Assembly: GCA_010093995.1 (NCBI GenBank)
Contig: ML992501.1
Location: forward strand, 1,456,566-1,520,565
Length of the DNA: 64,000 nucleotides
Direction of reading: 5' to 3'
Source of the DNA: Elsinoe ampelina
Taxonomy: Eukaryota
Part shown: one piece after another, positions 59,468-64,000 of the stretch
Layout: each line of letters starts with the position of its first letter
Position numbering within the stretch: position 1 is the first letter of the stretch
Position numbers and translations under genes: made by a program
The notes under the pieces: generated by a model
The model's database searches: none
Seen by the model: the letters and a program-made list of their open reading frames with translations, nothing else
What the model was told of the DNA's origin: nothing

Positions 59468-61076
59468 CTACGCCTCCTCAAAATTGAGTTCCACCCTCTC
59501 GTTAGGCTGCATCACAATCTCCGCCCTCTCCCCGACCACCCGACCCTCCATCCCACTCACCCCCTTATACCTCTGCAAAATCCTCACCACCGTGTACGCC
59601 ATCTCCGTCAACGCAAACTGTTGCCCCACGCATATCCTCGGCCCGCCGTTGAAAGGGATATAAGTCCAGGACTTTGGGGTCCAGTTCTGCCATCGCTCCG
59701 GCACGAACAGGGAGGGGTCGGGGAAGGTGGGCGAGGTGGCGGGGTAGATGTCCCTTCGTCGCTGGAGGACGAGGGTGCTGTACCCGACGGGAGTGCCCTC
59801 GGGGATGCCGAGGGGGGAGAGGCCGTCTGGTCCGCCGCCGTGGGGGAGGGTCGTGTCCTTTAGGGCGACGCGGACGTTGAAGGGGACAGGGGGGTAGATG
59901 CGGAGGATTTCGTTGAGAGTGTGCTGGAGGTAGCGCATGGATTTGAGGTCTTCGTAGGTTGGGGGCCGGTCGGGGCCGAGACGGGAGAGGATTTCGGCGC
60001 GTAACTTTGCGACTACGTCCGGGTGGGAGGGGAGGGTGAGGAATAGCCAGGAGAGGGTCACGGCTGTGGTGTCGCGGGCGGCGAGGAGGACGGAGAGGAG
60101 TTGGTCGCGGAGCACGGTGCGGTCGCGGGTGAAGGCCGCGAGGGCGTGGAGGAAGGTGAAGCCTTCGTCGAGTTTGGTCTTTTCTTCGAGTTCTTTGGGG
60201 GAGAAGCGGAGGGTTTGCTCGATGAAGGGGGCGATGAAGTCTTCGATTACTTTGAGGGAGGCGTAGAAAGACTTCCGTGGGACGAAGCGGTTGAGGGGAC
60301 CGGCCCGGGCGATGAGGGATTGGACACGCTGGACTTCGGCAAAGGCGTCGGCGAACGCAGACTTCGGAGTCACGAGAGAGTCGACTGAGGCGCCGAGAAG
60401 GAAGTGCGTAGCGCTGTCGAGAGTGTAGCGGAAGATGAGTTCGGTGAAGTTGATGGGCACGCCTGGGGCTCTGCTCTTCATTTGAGGAAGCATTACTTGC
60501 AGATGCTCTTCGAAGACTCGCAGGTCTGATACTCTGTCCTTGATGAATTGAGGTCGAATGAGGGCGCGAGAGTCGTGCCATGCTTGGTTGTCCGTGGTAA
60601 AGATGCCTAAGTGTGTCAGCCCCGTGCCTTTCCCACGCAGATATATATCTCTTACTGTCTCCCAAGAAATCATGCCAATCCTTGTTGAACCTTGGTCCCT
60701 TTCCATAGTCGCTGAACTGTGTCGCTAGTATAGCCTTGATATTCTCTTCATCTGCAGTCAAGATACTCCTCAATCCCAATACCCTAAGCTCGGTCGTGTA
60801 CGGCCTGTTCGGGTTCGCAGTCTGGAAGACGGAATTGAGCCAGAACTCATAATTGCGGTGTGTCAGATTCGCCTTGACCGCCTTGTACGTGAAACCGAGG
60901 CCTAGCGGGGTCCAGTCTGGTATCTTGGGTGCATGCAGCCCCAGTTTCCTGATCTTGTGCTCGGATAAGAGAAGGGCGAAGTAATATCGACCTACCACCA
61001 GAGCTACAGTTAGCCCAAGGAATGTGAGGATTGGCGATTGTCCGAGTGACAGCTGGGAGAGGATGCCGGAGGACAT
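59468..61076 (-). CDS. Cytochrome P450, CYP52/CYP584-like (alkane/fatty-acid hydroxylase); intron 60607..60655
   Basis: N-terminal TM segment; ENIKAILATQF, FLGD|SIFTTD, AARDTT (I-helix), EILR, PERW and FNGGPRICVG heme motif. Confidence 0.95.
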
Positions 61077-61656
61077 GGTGCTGGTCGTGCTGGAGCAGCA
61101 AAGTGCTCTGGAGGAGGAAGGAGGGCAGCCATCGTGGATGTAGTATATCAGCCAGCGTTACACATGTCAGCTCTTGAGCTCGTCCAATCGTATTCGATCC
61201 GACTGTCCAGGCGAGCTGAAACGGGCCACTCAGGCTTCCCCAGTTTTCCATTGTTCCTTGCTCCCCGCATTTGGCATGTTCGGATTTTTGGCGGAAAATC
61301 ACGACAAACATCTCCTTGTTTCTCCCGTGGCTAGGCAGGTATGAGGAGGGCAAGAGGAGACAAAGAAGAGACTAGATGAGGCCCATACCATGCCAGAATA
61401 ATTAATACGAGCAGAAATGCTCAAGTTGCTGCAAAAAGGTCTTGTAGTTGTCCGAGTTGTCCACCATCACGGAATTTTAATTCCTTGGTTCGCCAACGGC
61501 TGTCAAAAGCTAATCTACCTCGGTACCCAGCCGACATGTCATGACATATTTATTATGCTCGCTATGCGCGCATAACCTGTTTCCATAATACAGCAATTGG
61601 TCTCCTGCAGCCAGCAAGTCATCTTACGTCTAAAGTCCTTGGTCCCCGATCATATC

Positions 61657-64000
61657 TCATGCTGCAATTGCGTTTCCGCCATCACTATCGCCGATTGCAC
61701 TATCCTCCGCCGAGCTCGGGTCCTGGTATCCAGTAGCCGCTGCCCTCCACGGTGCACTGGGCCCAACGATGCCGCTCTTGCGCTTATCTGACTTCGAGTA
61801 CGTCTTGATCCTGTTCCTGCTCGATGACGGGATCGTTGTCCTGCTCAGCGCCTTGAACTCTTGCGGGAGGGAACTCTGCCAGGTGTCCTGCGTGGCTTGA
61901 AGTGGCTGATCGGCCAAATCACCCAGCTCAGGAGATGCAAGCCTCAGCGATCCAAGCTCCTCAGATGCACCAGACACGTCATCAACCCCTTCCTCATCTT
62001 CGTCGTCGGCAAGATCGTGTTCTTGGGTAGTGTCTTGTCCTGGCGCGTCCACAGCATCCTGCACAGCATCCCCATCCGCGTCCGACACGACTGCTTCTTC
62101 ATCGGCTGTGTGGTTGGCCAGGTGGTTTGCTTCGTCGTGCCAAATCGGATGTAGCATGTCCTCAGCGACGGTATCGTTGCCTCCACTTAGTTCGACAACC
62201 TCAGATCCTTCCGCAATGCCTTCATCGTCACGGGGAAGTTCCAGGTTCCCAGACTCCTTCGTGTCGATAACCTCTTGCGACCATCGGTCAACGCGGTCAG
62301 CAGCATATTTCTGCTGTGCCAAAGGATTCAATCGTCTTTCCCTCTCCTCATCCGTGCTCGCCAATTCGATGCCTTGCTCCCTCCTGATCCTCTTCCTCTC
62401 CTCTCGTCTGACCTCATGTCGACGCTCGGCCTTAATCCTCGTCGTTTCCCGAGCGAGATCCCACAGTATGTCATCCGGCACCCTGATGGCTGGAGCTCGT
62501 TTTTTGTTCCTCCATTTCAACAGATGGAATGCCAGCTCCTCCTCACCCATGCGAGCAAACTCTGTAGAAGGATCAGGATGCTCCACATCACCGCCATGCT
62601 CCAACACCCTCTCGGTCCTCTTGCGCACAATGGCTTCGAGGTGCCATTGATGCCACTGCGAGTCTAGATTGTAGCGCCTTCGGATCTCGCTCGCATCGAC
62701 CTCCGAAGCAGTCATCCTGGCTCGCCTTTCAGCATGGCGCGCCTCATGTGCTGCTCTCCTCGCCGCACGTCTCTGCGCCGACGCCGCTTGGATTGCGACT
62801 TCGGCGTCTGTGGGCTGCCTGCTCCCTTTCTCGACTTCGCACTCCTGGTCAATGACCTGATCGCGATCGCTGAGCTCCTCATTAGGATCAACGCTGCTTC
62901 CCAGTATTTGACCTCTCGCTTCGCGGATCTGTGCTGCTTGTCGCTGAACAACGTCCTCCTGATAACGCTCATCGGCAAGCAATTCCTGCGATCTAGAGCG
63001 CGGGGGCGTGGCTTGGTCGGGAACTCTTTCCAAAGATTGATCGTAAACCACGTTACCATGACTGGTGCGAGCAAGCACCCAAGTCTCGTACCGGTCGGAA
63101 AGCCAGTCAATGCTTGATATGATGTTGCGACGTAGTCCACCTCGAAATCCAGCCTCCTTGACGATGTTCCAGTACTGCGTGATGCGATCTTCAGCCGTGT
63201 AATGCTCCTCGCGGCATTCACGGCGTACAGTGACCAGAAAACTGTTCAAGTCGGTGAAATTGCCAGCATGATACGCCGCCATGAGATCGTGCAGCATGAG
63301 ATATTGATCACCGGGTAACCACACTTTCTCATCGGGAGGCGTCCGCGCCCGAAGTCGCGAAGGGCCGGAGGTGATGGGAGATGGAGGTCGTTCACTGCTA
63401 TCGTATACCCGTTGCGCAAACCGACGGACCGGTCGCGGCGAGTCTTCACTACTGGGATCATCTGGCTGAACAGCAGGTTGCGGGATCGGCGGCGATGATG
63501 CGAAAGATGGCGAGCTGGGCTCCGCGGCGACCTGTGCCGTAGCATCGTTCGGACGTGGTTCGTCCCCGATCCTCGACGTAGCAGATGGGGATCCCCCTGG
63601 CCGAGCTTCCTCCTCGTCTTCCTCACTGGAAGACTCCGCTTGCTGCACCTCGTTCCCGGCAGCTACTACTCGTTGAAGAGCAGGTGCTGTTCTTCTTGCA
63701 GAGCTGCCATGTGCTAGAGGAATTGCTTTGCGGATAGCCTTACGCGCTTGGGACCCTGTTGGCGGCGACTGAGGAATGTCGTAGATCTGCGATTCCTCAG
63801 CGATTGTTCTTTGAGGTGTGAAGATGTGTCCCGATGCTAGGAAGAGACCTTGCTTACCTCCATGTCATCGTTGCGCTGCGAGTATTGCGGCTGGGTGGAG
63901 TCTTCGATCTCGTCGTCCTCAGAAGTGACTTTTGCGGCGCTCAAGTATTTCTTGCTTGAATGTGGTGCCGAAGCACGTCTTGCCTTTTTGCTTTTTGCAG
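61657..64000 (-). CDS. Large low-complexity, charged hypothetical protein; 5' end lies outside the window; probable intron 63787..63857
   Basis: The 663-aa ORF extends upstream to a GTAAGC..CAG intron and an open exon running to the window edge. E/R-rich coiled-coil-like segments. Confidence 0.6.

Noticed and set aside
59565..61076. 503-aa ORF with an Arg/Pro-rich tail
   Set aside because: Artefact of reading P450 exon 1 through intron 60607..60655 into the wrong frame.

Overview
Gene-dense filamentous-ascomycete (Pezizomycotina, possibly Dothideomycete) nuclear DNA with short spliceosomal introns (GT..CTRAC..AG, mostly 45-60 nt). Positions 1-47.2 kb hold mostly conserved genes: an M14 carboxypeptidase, COQ9, a GMC oxidoreductase, malic enzyme, LRO1/PDAT, MAK3/NAA30, PET112/GatB, a Zn2Cys6 factor, a class III aminotransferase, two MFS transporters, a PAF-acetylhydrolase, a secreted protein, Mpv17, BolA, NIF3, MCM2, a UBR7-like protein, CMR1, an Mtf2-like protein, COG6 and an A-T-R NRPS-like reductase. 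Positions 47.3-57.7 kb form an accessory/decayed island. It holds a tRNA-like but non-cloverleaf, apparently Pol III-type structured RNA locus of about 230 nt, a stop-riddled GIY-YIG/Cys-rich gene, and a subtilisin (S8, KP-43-like) gene whose whole catalytic domain is missing, followed by an intact gene encoding only the matching prodomain. A CYP52-like P450 and a large, 5'-truncated orphan gene close the window. About nine C-rich-to-G-rich skew switch islands recur inside genes on both strands. All assignments come from motif recognition by eye; no database searches were run.
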